The notes under the pieces were generated by a model, which made no database searches, was not told the origin of the DNA, and saw only the letters and a list, made by a program, of their open reading frames with translations. Below are positions 31,237-44,434 of a stretch of 64,000 bases of DNA, in pieces. The translations under genes and the position numbers were made by a program. The stretch comes from an uncultured bacterium. GTDB lineage: Bacteria > Krumholzibacteriota > Krumholzibacteriia > LZORAL124-64-63. Each line of letters begins with the position of its first letter. Position 1 is the first letter of the stretch. Where the stretch lies: assembly GCA_963727525.1 (NCBI GenBank), contig CAVSGO010000005.1, forward strand, positions 384,001 to 448,000, written 5' to 3'.

Positions 31237-31334
31237 GATGGATAGCCTCCCGTTTCCTGGATCAACAGTGACAGACCCACTTGCCGATAATTGAAGAATT
31301 CTCTATTCCCGATGCCGAGGGACGCGAGGGTCCG

Positions 31335-31634
31335 TCACTCGCTCAGCCACTTCCCCGCCGGCGGCGGCGGTCGTTTCTTCTTCATGGCGGCGGCCAGATC
31401 ATTCCACGCGTTCGTCAATTCGATCTTGAGCCCCGCCCGCTGCGATGCGTCGGCCGTCCGATACTCGTCGTATCTTGAACGTGCGATGACGTGGAGCGCC
31501 TGGAGTTCGTCGACGTATATGTGAGTTGCGAAGTCGGTGGCGGCACCCTGCATCCTGGTTCTGGTCGCCAACCGATTGATCCGGTCACCCCACGCCGTGA
31601 GTTGCGCCTCGATCTTGTCCAGGTCCACGTCCAC
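31335..31634 (-). CDS. hypothetical coiled-coil protein
   Basis: KIEAQLTAWGDRINRL...LKIELTNAWNDL; RBS ggagg before GTG. Confidence 0.65.
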   Translation of the reverse strand: MDVDLDKIEAQLTAWGDRINRLATRTRMQGAATDFATHIYVDELQALHVIARSRYDEYRTADASQRAGLKIELTNAWNDLAAAMKKKRPPPPAGKWLSE

Positions 31635-31872
31635 GATACCGTCCTCCCGGTGCCGCCCACTCCACTCCGGCCGCGCCAGGAGTCACGAGGATCGAAGCAA
31701 CGACGTTCATGACACTGGTGTGGCGATCCCGCCCAGCAGTGGGAGGTGCTACCGTTTTCCCGGCCCGATGCGTCCTGCCGCAAACGCCGAGTGCACCGAC
31801 CCCACGCCAATCCGCGGTGGATTTCCCGAACCGTGGCTACATTGGTTCGTAACCGCTCCCAGGCAGCCGACC

Positions 31873-31887
31873 GCAAGATTCGGGCCT
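31873..31887 (-). promoter_or_regulatory. candidate sigma54 promoter, divergent from the activator gene
   Basis: Minus strand aGGCCCgaatcTTGC (GG-N10-GC). Confidence 0.45.
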
Positions 31888-31984
31888 TCTCGTAGGTGAT
31901 TGCGGGGCAAGGGTTGGAGATGGTAGCACGATTGCCTGGTACCATCATAACGACGCAGGTCCCGCCAAAACGAGAGAGTAGACG

Positions 31985-33634
<1,650 letters not shown>

Positions 33635-33895
33635 CCCCGGCACGCCGCTGGTACGATGGGAGGGTGCGACGTGTAGTGGCGGTTCCAGGATGCCGAACTG
33701 ATGCCACCCGCCGCATTAGCGCCCACACCGAGCCCAACTATTTGTAAATAATATATTAACGCCTTGCGGCGGCGCAGAATCGAACGACATTGACCAGGTG
33801 GACTGGCGACCCCGCCAGTCCTTTCTGCTGGGGTGCGGCCCAGGAACCCGATGATGGCTTCCCAGCCGTTCCCCGATGTGCCAAGGATATATTCT

Positions 33896-34168
33896 TTGAA
33901 AAAGATCTACGTGGGCAACCTCAATTTCGACTGTGATGACCGCCAGCTGGCAGCTGCTTTCGCCCTCCACGGCGAGGTCGCGAGCGCCAAGGTGGTCATG
34001 GATCGCGAGACCAACCGCTCCCGGGGCTTCGGCTTCGTGGAGATGTCCGACGACAGTGCCGCCACGCAGGCCATCCAGGCCATGAACGGCAAGGACGTCG
34101 ACGGTCGCGCTCTGAACGTCAACGAGGCGCGCCCGCGCGAGCCGCGTAGCGGTGGTTCCAACTGGTAG
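33896..34168 (+). CDS. RRM RNA-binding protein
   Basis: TTG start; KIYVGNL, SRGFGFVEM, GRALNVNEARPRE. Confidence 0.93.
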   Translation: MKKIYVGNLNFDCDDRQLAAAFALHGEVASAKVVMDRETNRSRGFGFVEMSDDSAATQAIQAMNGKDVDGRALNVNEARPREPRSGGSNW

Positions 34169-34212
34169 ATGCGCTGCACCGGCCTGAATGGCCCGATGAT
34201 GCGAGATCTGAT

Positions 34213-34245
34213 GCGGCCCCGTCCTCTTCGTGAGGGCGGGGCCGC
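34213..34245. terminator. hairpin between convergent genes
   Basis: gcggccccgtcctc-ttcgt-gagggcggggccgc. Confidence 0.65.
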
Positions 34246-34359
34246 TGACGGATGGGTTGCGGCTCGAGCGGCGCGAGTACCGGGAGACCGGGCGGGGCTC
34301 ATGGGTGTGAGGCGCCAAATTTACGCGGTCACTTGTGAGGGTCAGGACCGAGGCCACCG

Positions 34360-34911
34360 CTAGTGGTGCTGAGTCATGGGTTCGTCGCTCTCCGCCTGTG
34401 CCGCCATCTCTCGGTACTGTTCGGGCGTCATGCGCGGGAGATGTTTGACGAATGCCGTGAGGTCCCAGAGCTTCTCCTCGTCGTGCGTCGGTCCGAAGGC
34501 CGGCATGCCGGTCATCTTGATGCCGTTCTTGAGAATCCAGAAGACTTCCTGGGGTGACAGGTCGGCGACCGACTCGCTGAGGTCGGGCGCCGGTGGATTC
34601 AGTCCCTGGCCGACCTCGCTCTTTTCGACACCGGGAGCTCCATGACAGGTCACGCACATCTTCTGATAGTGCTCGAACCCTTCATCGAGATCCGGGTTGC
34701 TGAAAGTTGGGCTCAATGCGATGCCTGACGCGTGATGCCGAACCGAGTTGTCCATCATCGACGAGAGCGCTCTCTCGGTCATGGCGTGGTGTGGTACCGT
34801 TGCGGCCACGTCGTAGGCGCCCGAATTGATCACTACGAGAGCGACCACGACAGCGATGACGATCCCGGCGACGAGCGTCAGAACGATGGTCTTGAGAGTT
34901 CCGGGTTTCAT
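34360..34911 (-). CDS. c-type cytochrome
   Basis: CVTCHGAPG heme motif, NGIKMTGMPAFG, N-terminal TM. Confidence 0.92.
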   Translation of the reverse strand: MKPGTLKTIVLTLVAGIVIAVVVALVVINSGAYDVAATVPHHAMTERALSSMMDNSVRHHASGIALSPTFSNPDLDEGFEHYQKMCVTCHGAPGVEKSEVGQGLNPPAPDLSESVADLSPQEVFWILKNGIKMTGMPAFGPTHDEEKLWDLTAFVKHLPRMTPEQYREMAAQAESDEPMTQHH

Positions 34912-34950
34912 CAGAGGAATCCTCCCCGCGTCGCCGTCGGTGACGATGCG

Positions 34951-37245
34951 TTATAGCGTGACACGTCGCAAGCGCAGAGCGTTGGTGATGACCGACACGG
35001 AACTGAATGTCATCGCAGCCGCGGCGATCATCGGGCTCAACAGCAGGCCAAAGACGGGATACAGTGCGCCGGCGGCGACCGGCACACCGACAATATTGTA
35101 GATCAGGGCGAAGAACAGGTTCTGACGGATATTGCGCATGGTGGCCCGGGACAGCCGGCGGGCCTTGGCGATGCCGCGCAGGTCGCCTTTCACCAGCGTG
35201 ATGCCAGCACTTTCCATGGCGACGTCAGTGCCCGTGCCCATGGCGATACCCACTTCGGACTGGGCCAGCGCGGGTGCATCATTGACCCCGTCGCCGGCCA
35301 TGGCGACCCGGCGGCCCTGGTCTTGCAGCCGTCTGACGAACTCATTCTTCTGCTCGGGCAAGACCTCCGCTTCTACCCGATCCAGGCCCAGCTCGCGGGC
35401 CACAGCTTCGGCCGTCGTGCGGTTGTCGCCGGTGAGCATCACGATCTCGATGCCGTCGGCGCGTAGCAGCTCGACAGCTTCGGCTGTCGACGCCTTTATG
35501 GGATCGGCCACTCCCAGCAGTCCGATCGGCTCGCCGTCGGCCGCCAGGAACATCACGGTCTGGCCTTGGCCACGCAGCACTTCTGCCCGCGCCGCGAGGT
35601 CGCCCACATCGACGCCGGCGCCGTCCATGAGTTTGCGATTGCCCAGGTGGACCAGCCGGCCGTCGACCGTTCCAGTGACGCCTTGCCCGGCAACGGAGTC
35701 GAAGTCCTGCGCGACGGTGGATTCGACGCCACGCTCCCTGGCGCCCGAGACGATGGCCTCGGCCAGGGGATGTTCGCTGCCGCGCTCGAGTCCCGCGGCC
35801 AGGCGTAGCAGGTCCGCCTCGTCGCGACCTGCGGCGGTTTCCACCTGGACCAGGCGCGGCTTGCCCTCGGTGAGGGTGCCGGTCTTGTCGATCACGAGGG
35901 TGTCGATCTTCTCTAGCACCTCCAGGGCCTCCGCGTCGCGGATAAGCACACCCGCCTGGGCGCCTCGGCCCACGCCGACCATGATCGAGATCGGGGTAGC
36001 CAGACCCAGTGCGCAGGGGCAGGCGATGATCAGCACGGCGACTGCGTTGACGATGGCGTAAGCCATGGCCGGGGTTGGACCCACCAGGGCCCAGACGATG
36101 AAGGTGATGACCGACGAGGCAATCACCCCGGGCACGAAGTATCCCGCGACCACGTCGGCGATGCGCTGGATGGGCGCGCGGCTCCGCTGCGCGGCGCCCA
36201 CCATCTCGACGATTCGCGCCAGCAGCGTATCGCTGCCGATCTTGCGGGCGTCCATGACGAAGCTGCCGGTGGCGTTGACCGTCGCCCCTATGACCGTGTC
36301 CCCGATTCCCTTCGCCACGGGCATGGGCTCGCCGGTGATCATCGACTCATCCACGTTGCTGCGGCCTTCCACCACCTCGCCGTCGACCGGCACCTTCTCG
36401 CCAGGGCGGACTCGCAGGCGGTCGCCGATGACGATCTGCTCCAGCGGCACATCCTCTTCCGAGCCGTCGGCGCGGATCACCCGCGCCGTCTTGGCCGCCA
36501 GGCCCAGCAGCGCCTTGATGGCCGTACCCGTCCGGCGGCGGGCCCGCAACTCGAGTACCTGACCGAGTAACACGAGGGCGGTGATCACCGCCGCCGCTTC
36601 GAAATAGACAGCCACACCGCCATGACGGCGAAAAGACGCCGGGAAGATACCGGGCGCCACGGTGGCCACGATACTGTAGCCCCAGGCCGCAGCCACGCCG
36701 ACGCCGATGAGGGTGAACATGTTGAGATTGCGCGTGACCAGGGAGCGCCAGCCCCGCTCCAGCAGGGGCCATCCGCACCACAGGACGACCGGCGCGCTGA
36801 GAACGAGTTCGACCCAGGGTTGAATGCGAGACGGCAGCAGGCGGACGCCGGCCATGGGCAGCATGGCGAGGATCAGAAGAGGCGCGGCCAGCGCGGCAGC
36901 TGTCCAGAAGCGGCGCGTCATGTCGCGCAGTTCAGCGTCATCACCATCCGTTTCGGCGGTGGCCACCAACGGTTCGAGAGCCATACCGCACTTGGGGCAG
37001 CTTCCTGGACCGTCCTGGATGATCTCGGGATGCATCGGGCAGGTGTACTTCACCGCGCCGCCGGCGCGGGGAGACTCTGACGAATCCGCCTGCTCAGCTG
37101 CCATGTACCTGTCCGGTTCGGCCATGAACTTCTCGGCGCAGTTTCGGCTGCAGTATAGCCACGTTCGGCCGCCGTACTGGGTGCTGGCAGCGGCGGAATC
37201 GGCAGACACGCGCATGCCGCAGACGGGATCATGGCCTTCGACCAC
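34951..37245 (-). CDS. copA: heavy-metal (Cu+) P1B-type ATPase with YHS domain
   Basis: DPVCGM (YHS), [43 protein letters not shown] start is uncertain. Confidence 0.92.
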   Translation of the reverse strand: MVEGHDPVCGMRVSADSAAASTQYGGRTWLYCSRNCAEKFMAEPDRYMAAEQADSSESPRAGGAVKYTCPMHPEIIQDGPGSCPKCGMALEPLVATAETDGDDAELRDMTRRFWTAAALAAPLLILAMLPMAGVRLLPSRIQPWVELVLSAPVVLWCGWPLLERGWRSLVTRNLNMFTLIGVGVAAAWGYSIVATVAPGIFPASFRRHGGVAVYFEAAAVITALVLLGQVLELRARRRTGTAIKALLGLAAKTARVIRADGSEEDVPLEQIVIGDRLRVRPGEKVPVDGEVVEGRSNVDESMITGEPMPVAKGIGDTVIGATVNATGSFVMDARKIGSDTLLARIVEMVGAAQRSRAPIQRIADVVAGYFVPGVIASSVITFIVWALVGPTPAMAYAIVNAVAVLIIACPCALGLATPISIMVGVGRGAQAGVLIRDAEALEVLEKIDTLVIDKTGTLTEGKPRLVQVETAAGRDEADLLRLAAGLERGSEHPLAEAIVSGARERGVESTVAQDFDSVAGQGVTGTVDGRLVHLGNRKLMDGAGVDVGDLAARAEVLRGQGQTVMFLAADGEPIGLLGVADPIKASTAEAVELLRADGIEIVMLTGDNRTTAEAVARELGLDRVEAEVLPEQKNEFVRRLQDQGRRVAMAGDGVNDAPALAQSEVGIAMGTGTDVAMESAGITLVKGDLRGIAKARRLSRATMRNIRQNLFFALIYNIVGVPVAAGALYPVFGLLLSPMIAAAAMTFSSVSVITNALRLRRVTL

Positions 37246-37499
37246 CCCGACTCCCCGCCCCTGATGATCAGGCTTCCTGGCTGGGTCGTCATGACCATTT
37301 CCTTCCACATGTGCCAACTCATACCTCCATGCCACGACCGAAGATATCGAGAGCCACAGCCTCAGGGCAAAAACGGCTGCCAGGTCCCGGCCGGGATCGT
37401 CCGGATGCAGATCGCCCAGTTCGATGAAGACAAGGAAATCGTTGATACGGTTGATCGCCAGGAGACTGAACTCCCGATCAAATCGACCTGTCCCTGCCA

Positions 37500-38200
37500 A
37501 GACATCCATCTGCTGGGACCTCCGCCAGTCGCGCCTCGCTTGCCTCGACAGCCTCGATCGACCCGAGCTTACGTTGCACGTCGGCGAGTTCCTCCAGGAG
37601 GGGGACCAGATACTCGTCATTGTCTTCGTGCGACCCGTCGTGAATGGCGAGCGCACGCTCGTAGGTGGACCGAGAGATCGGGGTCGTCGGCGCCGAGGGT
37701 TTTCTGGGAGATGGCCAGGGATCGGCCAGCAGATCCGCCGCCCGTGCGTAGTCTCCCGTGGTCGTGGCGAGATCGCCCAGTCGGCTCAGGCGCGACGCTA
37801 CCCTGGGACTGTCCGAACCGAGAGCGCGCTCCCGGATCGCAAGGGCCTGCTCGTATTACGGCTGTGCCTCCTCGAAGAGACCCAGGGACAGGTAGACCTT
37901 CCCGGTGGTGCTCATGATCCGCGCCTTGGCCTGCGGTTCATCCGGAAACTTGTCGGCGATCGTTTTCGATCCGGCGTCCAGCACCTCGCGCACCGTGTCG
38001 TCTCGTTCTTGCTCCTAGGCCTCGGCCGCGCGAGGATCGGTTGAATCGTCTGGAAACGCTCGATGTCCTCCGCGAGGGCATTCGCGCTCTGGTAACGCCG
38101 GGCCGGATCCTTCTCGGGCGCCTTCAGGACGATCGTCTCGAGATCACTGCCCGCGAGCTTCTTGACCTCTGCGATCTCGCGGAACGGAACCGGTGACTCC
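37500..38200 (-). pseudogene. Ser/Thr protein kinase-TPR remnant
   Basis: DLETIVLKAPEKDPARRYQSANALAEDIERF..QPILARP, then in another frame VREVLDAG..KFPDEP..VYLSLGLFEEAQP*YEQALAIRERALG. Confidence 0.8.
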
Positions 38201-38410
38201 TCGGCGATCGCGCGCGGCGCGCTGGCCATCGTGGTCGCCGTTGCTGGCATGGCGACCATGACGATTGGTGTCGCGCGTTGGAGAACTGGTACCGCGGCAG
38301 CTCAGGAAGTGATGGACCGGTTGCGCGGAAGGCTGTATGCAAGCGAGCCGGGATGACCGCGTTGAAACGTGCGTCCGGACCGACGACCGATCCCGTGACC
38401 CGGCGGATCG

Positions 38411-40402
38411 TCAGACCTCGATCAACTCCTGAATGTCGGCTTCGTCGAGTGCCATGACGCCGGCCTGGCTTCGTGACTGCGCCGGGCGGGTCCGCCGCGG
38501 CGGTCCGGGTAACCGGGGCGGTGCGAGATCGTGCACGTGATGGGAACCACCGGTCGCCAGGGCTGCGAGTCGGCCGACGATGCCGTTCATCTGGTCCGCC
38601 TGACCAGTCAGCCCTTGCGAGGCGGCCGCCAACTCCTCGGAGTTGGCCGCCGACTGCTGGATCGAGTGGTCCATGACGGTGACCGCGGAATTGAGCTGAT
38701 CCACGCCCTGGGCTTGCTGGTCGGACGCGGTGGCGATCTGTCGCATCATCTGCGACACGCGGGCCGCGTTCCCGGCCACCTGGGCGAAGACCGAATTGGC
38801 CGCCTCGACCTGCTGCGAGCCGTCCTTGACCTTTTCGAGGGTACGCCGAATGAGCGTTCCGGTATTGCTCGCCTCGGACGACGATCGGGCGGCGAGATTT
38901 CTGACCTCGGCTGCGACGACCGCGAAGCCCTTGCCGGCATCGCCGGCACGGGCGGCTTCGACAGCCGCATTGAGGGCCAGCAGGTTAGTCTGGAACGCGA
39001 TCTCGTCGATGGTCTTGATGATCTGCGAGGTTTCGTCGGCCGCAGTATTGATGGCGGAAATGGACTCCACGAGCTGGCTCATCGACTGATTGGCCCGGTC
39101 CACGAGCGTCTGCGCATCGTCCATCAAGCCGTTGGCCTCGCCGGCGAGCGTGGCGTTCTGCTTCGTGACTGCAGCCAGTTCCTCGAGCGACGAGGCTGTC
39201 TCCTCGATCGCCGCGGCTTGCTGGGTCGCCTCTCCGGCTTGATCGTTACTCGTGTCCGAGACCTGGCGCGCCGAACCCGCGACCTCGCGGGAGCATTCGC
39301 CCAGATCGGCGATGACGCGTCCGAGCGCGCGATTGATCGAGCGCACCATGAGCCACGCCACCAGCAGGAACAAGGCGATGCCGACCACGACGATGATGGT
39401 GGAGGCGAGGGTGGCCTTGGCGCGGGCGTTCGCGGCATCCTGCTTGGCCGCAACGGCCGACTGCTTGGCATTCTGTGCCGTGGCCCGCTGGTCCGTGACC
39501 GAGGCGGAGGCCTCGTCCAGTGCCGACTGCGCCGCGACGATGATCGCGTTGCCCGTTTCGTCGAGTCGCAGGCGTAGGTCTGCTTCGCGACCACCGAATG
39601 CCAGCGACTGATCGATATCGGCCATGAATTTGTCAAGGGAGTCACGGACGGAAGCCGCGCGCCGGATCCACTCGTCGTTCTTCAACGTCGACGAGAACTC
39701 CACCAAGGCATCGATACTCACGAGTCCGTCACCAGTGACCAGCTCACGGTACTGGTCGATGTATCTCTGTTCTCCCGTATCGAGGTATTTCTGCTGGCGC
39801 GCCTGGATCTGCAAGAAGAAGATCTCACAGTCCCTCAGCACGTTCAGCATCTCCAGTTCGACCGGCGGGAGGTCCTCGCCCTCCAGCTGGAGGACAGACT
39901 GCTGGCTCTCCAGTTCGTCCATCGTGGAAGCAATGTATCCCATCGACTCGTCGATGGGGCGGATCATCGCATCCTTGAGCGTCGCGTGTTCGCGGTGGAC
40001 CGAGGTGTATTCGGCAAAGAGTCCGCGGTAGTCGCCGAAAGGTCCCAGGAGGTTCTCGCGGCCGACGGCTGCGAGCTGCGAGGCGACGGCCGTCGCCATC
40101 TGGTCAAACTGCTCCTGCTGCTCTTGTTCATGGAACTGGAGAAATGCCTTTTCGGTCAATCGCAGTTCCATGACCTTCATCATTGCGTCACTGACCTGCT
40201 GCTGAAGCTGATTCGCGGTGTCGATGGCCTGATCGGCCGCGTCGATGTCTTCGTTTGCCGCTTCCATCTGGCTGTAGGCGTGGTCGATGCTCTGGCTCGC
40301 AATGCGGTTGGCGCCGACGAGTATCAGGACCAGAAGCACGGCCATTCCGGCAAACGCCAGGAGACGCGTCCGCACATTCGAGTTCCGGAATCGTTCAAAC
40401 AT
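38411..40402 (-). CDS. methyl-accepting chemotaxis protein
   Basis: Two TMs around a helical periplasmic domain; [40 protein letters not shown]. Confidence 0.96.
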   Translation of the reverse strand: MFERFRNSNVRTRLLAFAGMAVLLVLILVGANRIASQSIDHAYSQMEAANEDIDAADQAIDTANQLQQQVSDAMMKVMELRLTEKAFLQFHEQEQQEQFDQMATAVASQLAAVGRENLLGPFGDYRGLFAEYTSVHREHATLKDAMIRPIDESMGYIASTMDELESQQSVLQLEGEDLPPVELEMLNVLRDCEIFFLQIQARQQKYLDTGEQRYIDQYRELVTGDGLVSIDALVEFSSTLKNDEWIRRAASVRDSLDKFMADIDQSLAFGGREADLRLRLDETGNAIIVAAQSALDEASASVTDQRATAQNAKQSAVAAKQDAANARAKATLASTIIVVVGIALFLLVAWLMVRSINRALGRVIADLGECSREVAGSARQVSDTSNDQAGEATQQAAAIEETASSLEELAAVTKQNATLAGEANGLMDDAQTLVDRANQSMSQLVESISAINTAADETSQIIKTIDEIAFQTNLLALNAAVEAARAGDAGKGFAVVAAEVRNLAARSSSEASNTGTLIRRTLEKVKDGSQQVEAANSVFAQVAGNAARVSQMMRQIATASDQQAQGVDQLNSAVTVMDHSIQQSAANSEELAAASQGLTGQADQMNGIVGRLAALATGGSHHVHDLAPPRLPGPPRRTRPAQSRSQAGVMALDEADIQELIEV

Positions 40403-40465
40403 GATGAACTCCTGAAGCCGATGTGCGGGAGGCGCGCCTGGTAGCCGCGCCCTCCGCCGAATCGA

Positions 40466-41032
40466 CTAATTGATGCCCAGTCCCGCGGTCGCGGTTTCAT
40501 CGAATTTGTACAGGCCGCAGCCGACGACGAGGTTGATCCCGTCGGCGCTCTTGCAGCCACGGACGTAGGACACCTTGTGGACGATGTCGCTGCTGCCCGG
40601 CTTCGGCCAGTAATAGTCGACCCACCCCGCGCCCTTCTCCTTGACCACGGCGTTCATGGTGGCGAAGAAGCGCTTGCCCTTCTTGTCCTTCATGCCGATG
40701 ATGCTCTGCCCGTCGAGCTTGTACTTCATCGGATGCATCAACATCACGCCGTCGTCGAGCGTGTGAATCCACACATAGGTTCCGTTGAACAGGAACTTGC
40801 TGCCCTTGCCCTGAAACTTCGGAAAGGCGGCGGTGCCTTCCTTTTCCAGGAGCGCACAGGCTTCCGTGACCTTGGCGATGATGAGGCCGGGGTCGGTGGG
40901 CGTGTCGGTGGCCGTGCTGTTGCAATAGGCAGCACTCTCTTCGGCGAGGGCGGCGGCATCCTGCGCTGAAGCTGTGCAAACCTGGGTCGACGCGAGCGCC
41001 ACCAGGGTCAGGATCAGAATCTTGCGGTTCAT
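40466..41032 (-). CDS. stand-alone secreted single-Cache-domain protein
   Basis: Signal peptide; YVWI..DGVMLMHP, DKKGKRFF, GWVDYYWPKPG, KVSYV. Confidence 0.88.
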   Translation of the reverse strand: MNRKILILTLVALASTQVCTASAQDAAALAEESAAYCNSTATDTPTDPGLIIAKVTEACALLEKEGTAAFPKFQGKGSKFLFNGTYVWIHTLDDGVMLMHPMKYKLDGQSIIGMKDKKGKRFFATMNAVVKEKGAGWVDYYWPKPGSSDIVHKVSYVRGCKSADGINLVVGCGLYKFDETATAGLGIN

Positions 41033-41243
41033 CGGTCTCGTCCTTTCGCGATTGGCGCCGAATCCCGGTCCGCGGGCCGGTTCCATGTTTGTCCGGCGCC
41101 GCGGTCTGCCGCAATTCCACGGTGGCTGCGACGCACAGTGATCTCCCATCGACCGGATCGGAAGGACCTTGAAAGGAAAAGCCGGACACGGTATATAAGG
41201 ATATATTTAATCAAGTGTAAAACCGACCGGCACTCTCGCGGCA

Positions 41244-41434
41244 TCATCACCCCACCTTATTCATGCTACCGCGTAGCGAAGCGAGTGGAACGGTCTCTGT
41301 CAGCGGGATCTCGTTGGGTTTGTGAGGGAGCCGTACCCGCTGGGGTACGGTGACCGAAGTAAACCCGAGAAAGCCCACTCACAGAGACCGTTCCGCCGCC
41401 GCAGTAGCGATAACACGAATACGGTGAGGTATGA
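41244..41434. repeat. ~190-nt imperfect inverted repeat (long hairpin)
   Basis: Outer arms tcatcaccccaccttattcatgctaccgc / gcgataacacgaatacggtgaggtatga; perfect 14-bp pair ggaacggtctctgt / acagagaccgttcc; apex ccgtaccc-gctg-gggtacgg. Confidence 0.8.
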
Positions 41435-41514
41435 GGGCTGGGACTCCCTCGTCCCCACGTCGTCGACACCACCGTCACGAAAGCAAGTCCCGAGAACTTG
41501 AGCACGACGTCGTA

Positions 41515-41960
41515 TTACGCCGGTACCACCCCTGCCACTGGCCCGACCGTGTGCGGCCGCAACAGGATCAAGAGGTCGGGAACCGCCGAGAACATCTGCA
41601 AGCCGGACGTGCACTCGTCGACGTTGAGGACAGCTTCCGGGAAGGCACCCGTGTATCCGGTATTCGTGTAGAAGAGGAGATCGGTCGCATACCTGGCTTC
41701 CATGGTCACATCGATCGCGCCACCTGCGCCCGCGGCGACTAGGATCCAGTCATGGTCGGCACCATCGACTTCCAGATCGCGCCAGCCGGTGCGGAAGCAC
41801 CAGGTCGCCGTGCCCATCTCGTCACCAACGATGGTCAGGAAACGCGGCGTTTCGTCAACGCATTCGCAGCCGCAGTCGAACTCGTCGGGCACGCTGGCTG
41901 GCAAGGGCGGCTCGTCCTCCGTGAAGGCTCCGGACGGGCATTCGGTAATATCCGCTCGCC
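41515..41960 (-). pseudogene. fragment of a secreted acidic/Cys-containing protein
   Basis: FTEDEPPL...DEFDCGC...GTATWC..TGW....DHDW; no clear start or signal peptide. Confidence 0.35.
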
Positions 41961-42047
41961 CTCACGTCGCGCGCACACCTCCGTAAACGTCGTATCGGCG
42001 TCCTCGCTGGGGCGGCCCTTGTTCCAACCGGAGCGGCACTCATTCAG

Positions 42048-42074
42048 TAAAGTTGATCCTATTAGTGACTATAT
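42048..42074 (+). promoter_or_regulatory. degenerate sigma28-like promoter
   Basis: TAAA-N15-GACTATAT upstream of the flagellin gene. Confidence 0.35.
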
Positions 42075-42156
42075 ATGCAGCAAGTTGCCGCTCCTTGGGT
42101 CCGAATTGCACCCATGGTGTTTGGTCATTCAGCAGTTGCGATCACGGAGGACGGAA

Positions 42157-42977
42157 ATGGGAATACGAATCAATACAAACGTTGCTTCGATCAACGCGCA
42201 GCGCCATCTTTACAATGCCAGCGAGGACTTCCACAAGTCGATGGAGAAGCTATCCAGCGGTTTACGAATCAACCGTGCCAGTGATGACGCGGCTGGTCTG
42301 GCAATCAGCGAGGGCCTCAAGAGAGATATCCGCGCGCTCAATCAGGCCGGCCGCAATGCCGCCGACGGAGTCTCGCTCATGCAGACGGCCGAGGGCGCGC
42401 TCGACGAGGTCAGCAACATCCTGCTCCGCATGAAGGAGTTGACCGAGCAGAGTCTCAACGGCACATTGACCGACTCCGAGCGCGGGGCTATCTGGATTCT
42501 GAGCACTACGCGCTCTGGAACGAAGTCAACCGTATCGCGGAATCGACCGAGTTCAACGGCGTCCACCTTCTGGACGGCACGGGCGGCAACGTGAACATCC
42601 AGGTCGGGATCGGCACGGCCTCCTACGACGCGATCGCCGTGGACCTGAACAATAATCACGATGCGATGACCATGGGTATCCATACCATCAACACGGTGCT
42701 TGACGCGCAGGACGAGATGGATACGATCGACGTGGCGATCGATTCGGTGAGTGCTGCGCGGGCGGACTTCGGCGCGATCCAGAACCGCCTGGAAAGCTCG
42801 ATCCGCAATGTCGCCAACACGGCCGAGAACCTCAGTGCTGCCAACAGTCGCATTCGCGATGTGGATATCGCCAACGAGTCGAGCAAGATGATCAGCGCGC
42901 AGATCCTGTAGCAAGCGGGCGTGTCGATCCTCGCACAGGCCAACGCGACCCCGAGCCTCGCACCGACCGCGCGATGA
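42157..42977 (+). pseudogene. fliC: flagellin, frameshifted with a premature stop
   Basis: MGIRINTNVAS..EKLSSGLRINRASDDAAGLAISE; frameshift in the G-run near 42485; GAIQNRLE..NLSAANSRIRDVD..QIL*QAGVSILAQAN. Confidence 0.9.
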
Positions 42978-43392
42978 AGCACCGCGCATGCGCCGCGTCG
43001 TGCATGCCCGCCACGTCAGCGGCGGTCGGGCGTCGCTCGCCGGCGAACGTCGCCGCCGGCCGCAACGTCACCCGGGTCATTGCCAGGGCGCCGTCGACTC
43101 CCTTGCCCAGCACGCCGATTGCGTCGTCACGGTAGTCGTCGACCACGAAACCCCGTTCCGCGGCGATGGACAGGAACCACAGCATGTGGCAGCTCGCCAG
43201 CGCCGCCACGAACGCCTCCTCTGGATCCACGGCCTTAGCCACCGAAAACGGCAGCGGCACCACATGCGGCGAGGCCGACGCTGTCACCTCAACGCCCCCG
43301 TCGAAGCGCCAGCGATGGCCGCGGCCGTACTGGTTGTCCAGGAAGGCGGCATCGCGGCGTTGCCAGATGATCGTCGCGGTGTACTTGGCCAT
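42892..43392 (-). pseudogene. OsmC-family protein, C-terminus lost
   Basis: VDPEEAFVAALASCHMLWFL, AHARCFIARSV, then reads into antisense flagellin sequence. Confidence 0.75.
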
Positions 43393-44422
43393 GAATACCC
43401 GTTCTCGTGAAGCGTGAAATCGCGCGCGGACAAATACCTATATGGTCACGAACGGTGAAGACAGTAACGCTCACCACGCTGCCGGCCGCGAACACCAGCG
43501 CCACCCCGAGCATGATCGACAGTGTCAGATGGCTCGACGCGCTGTTGAACGCCGTCAGCGTCGCCGCGTCGTCGAGGCTCGACGGCAGCAGGCGCGGATA
43601 CAGGCCCGCCACGCCGAAGGCCGTCGCGCCGACGATCGTGGCAGCCGAGGCGGCCCACGCCTTCCACCAGGCCCGACGTGTCAGGAACACCCGGACACCG
43701 AGCAATCCCGCCACCGCGAGCAGGGGGAACACGCTGGGCCAGGGCCAGCGGCCGATGTTCGCATAGAGGTCCGTCACCACGGCCGTGAGCACCAGGAATG
43801 CCACCGCCACCAGCGGCAACGCCGCCCACAGGCGCGATGCCATGCGCGCGCCGCGCTCACCGAGGTCGCCTTTCACCTTGATCGCGAGCCAGATCGAGCC
43901 GTGCACGGCGAAGAGCAACACGAAGAGGGCACCGCCGACGAGGCCGTACGGATTGAGGAGCGTCAGCAAGTTGCCATGCAACCGTCCGGCCTCATCGAGC
44001 GGCAGACCCTTGAAGATGTTGGCGAACGCCACACCCAGCAGCAGCGCCGGCAGGAACGAGCCGACGGTCAGGCAGGTGTCCCACGTGCGCCGCCACCACG
44101 CGGCCGGCTCCTTCGAGCGCATCTCGAAGGAGATGCCGCGCAGGATCAGCGCGAATAGCAGCAGCATGAGCGGCGTGTAGAGCGAGGAGAACATCAACGC
44201 GTAGGTGCGTGGAAACGCCGCGAACGTCGCGCCGCCCGCCGTGAGCAGCCACACCTCGTTGCCGTCCCAGAAAGGTCCCTGGGCGTTGAATACGAGGCGC
44301 CGTTCGCTGTCGTCGCGGGCCAGGAAGGGCATGAGCATGCCCAGGCCAAGGTCGAACCCGTCCAGCACGAAGTAGCCGGTCCAGAGCACGCCCCAGAGCA
44401 GGAACCAGATAGTCTCGAGCAT
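43289..44422 (-). pseudogene. cydB: cytochrome bd oxidase subunit II, 3' end replaced
   Basis: LDGFDLG, GPFWDGNEVWL, FAAFP; homology ends at MLGVALVF (near 43490). Confidence 0.8.
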
Positions 44423-44434
44423 GTCGCGCCTCCC

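Noticed and set aside
31283-31290. GCCGATAA sigma28 -10 box
   Set aside because: Wrong strand for the flanking genes and no properly spaced -35 element
37246-37656. Long N-terminal extension of the CopA ORF
   Set aside because: It overlaps the kinase remnant and shows no ATPase homology; the real start is probably near the YHS domain
41040-41200. c-di-GMP riboswitch upstream of the Cache-MCP genes
   Set aside because: Could not find the expected conserved motifs
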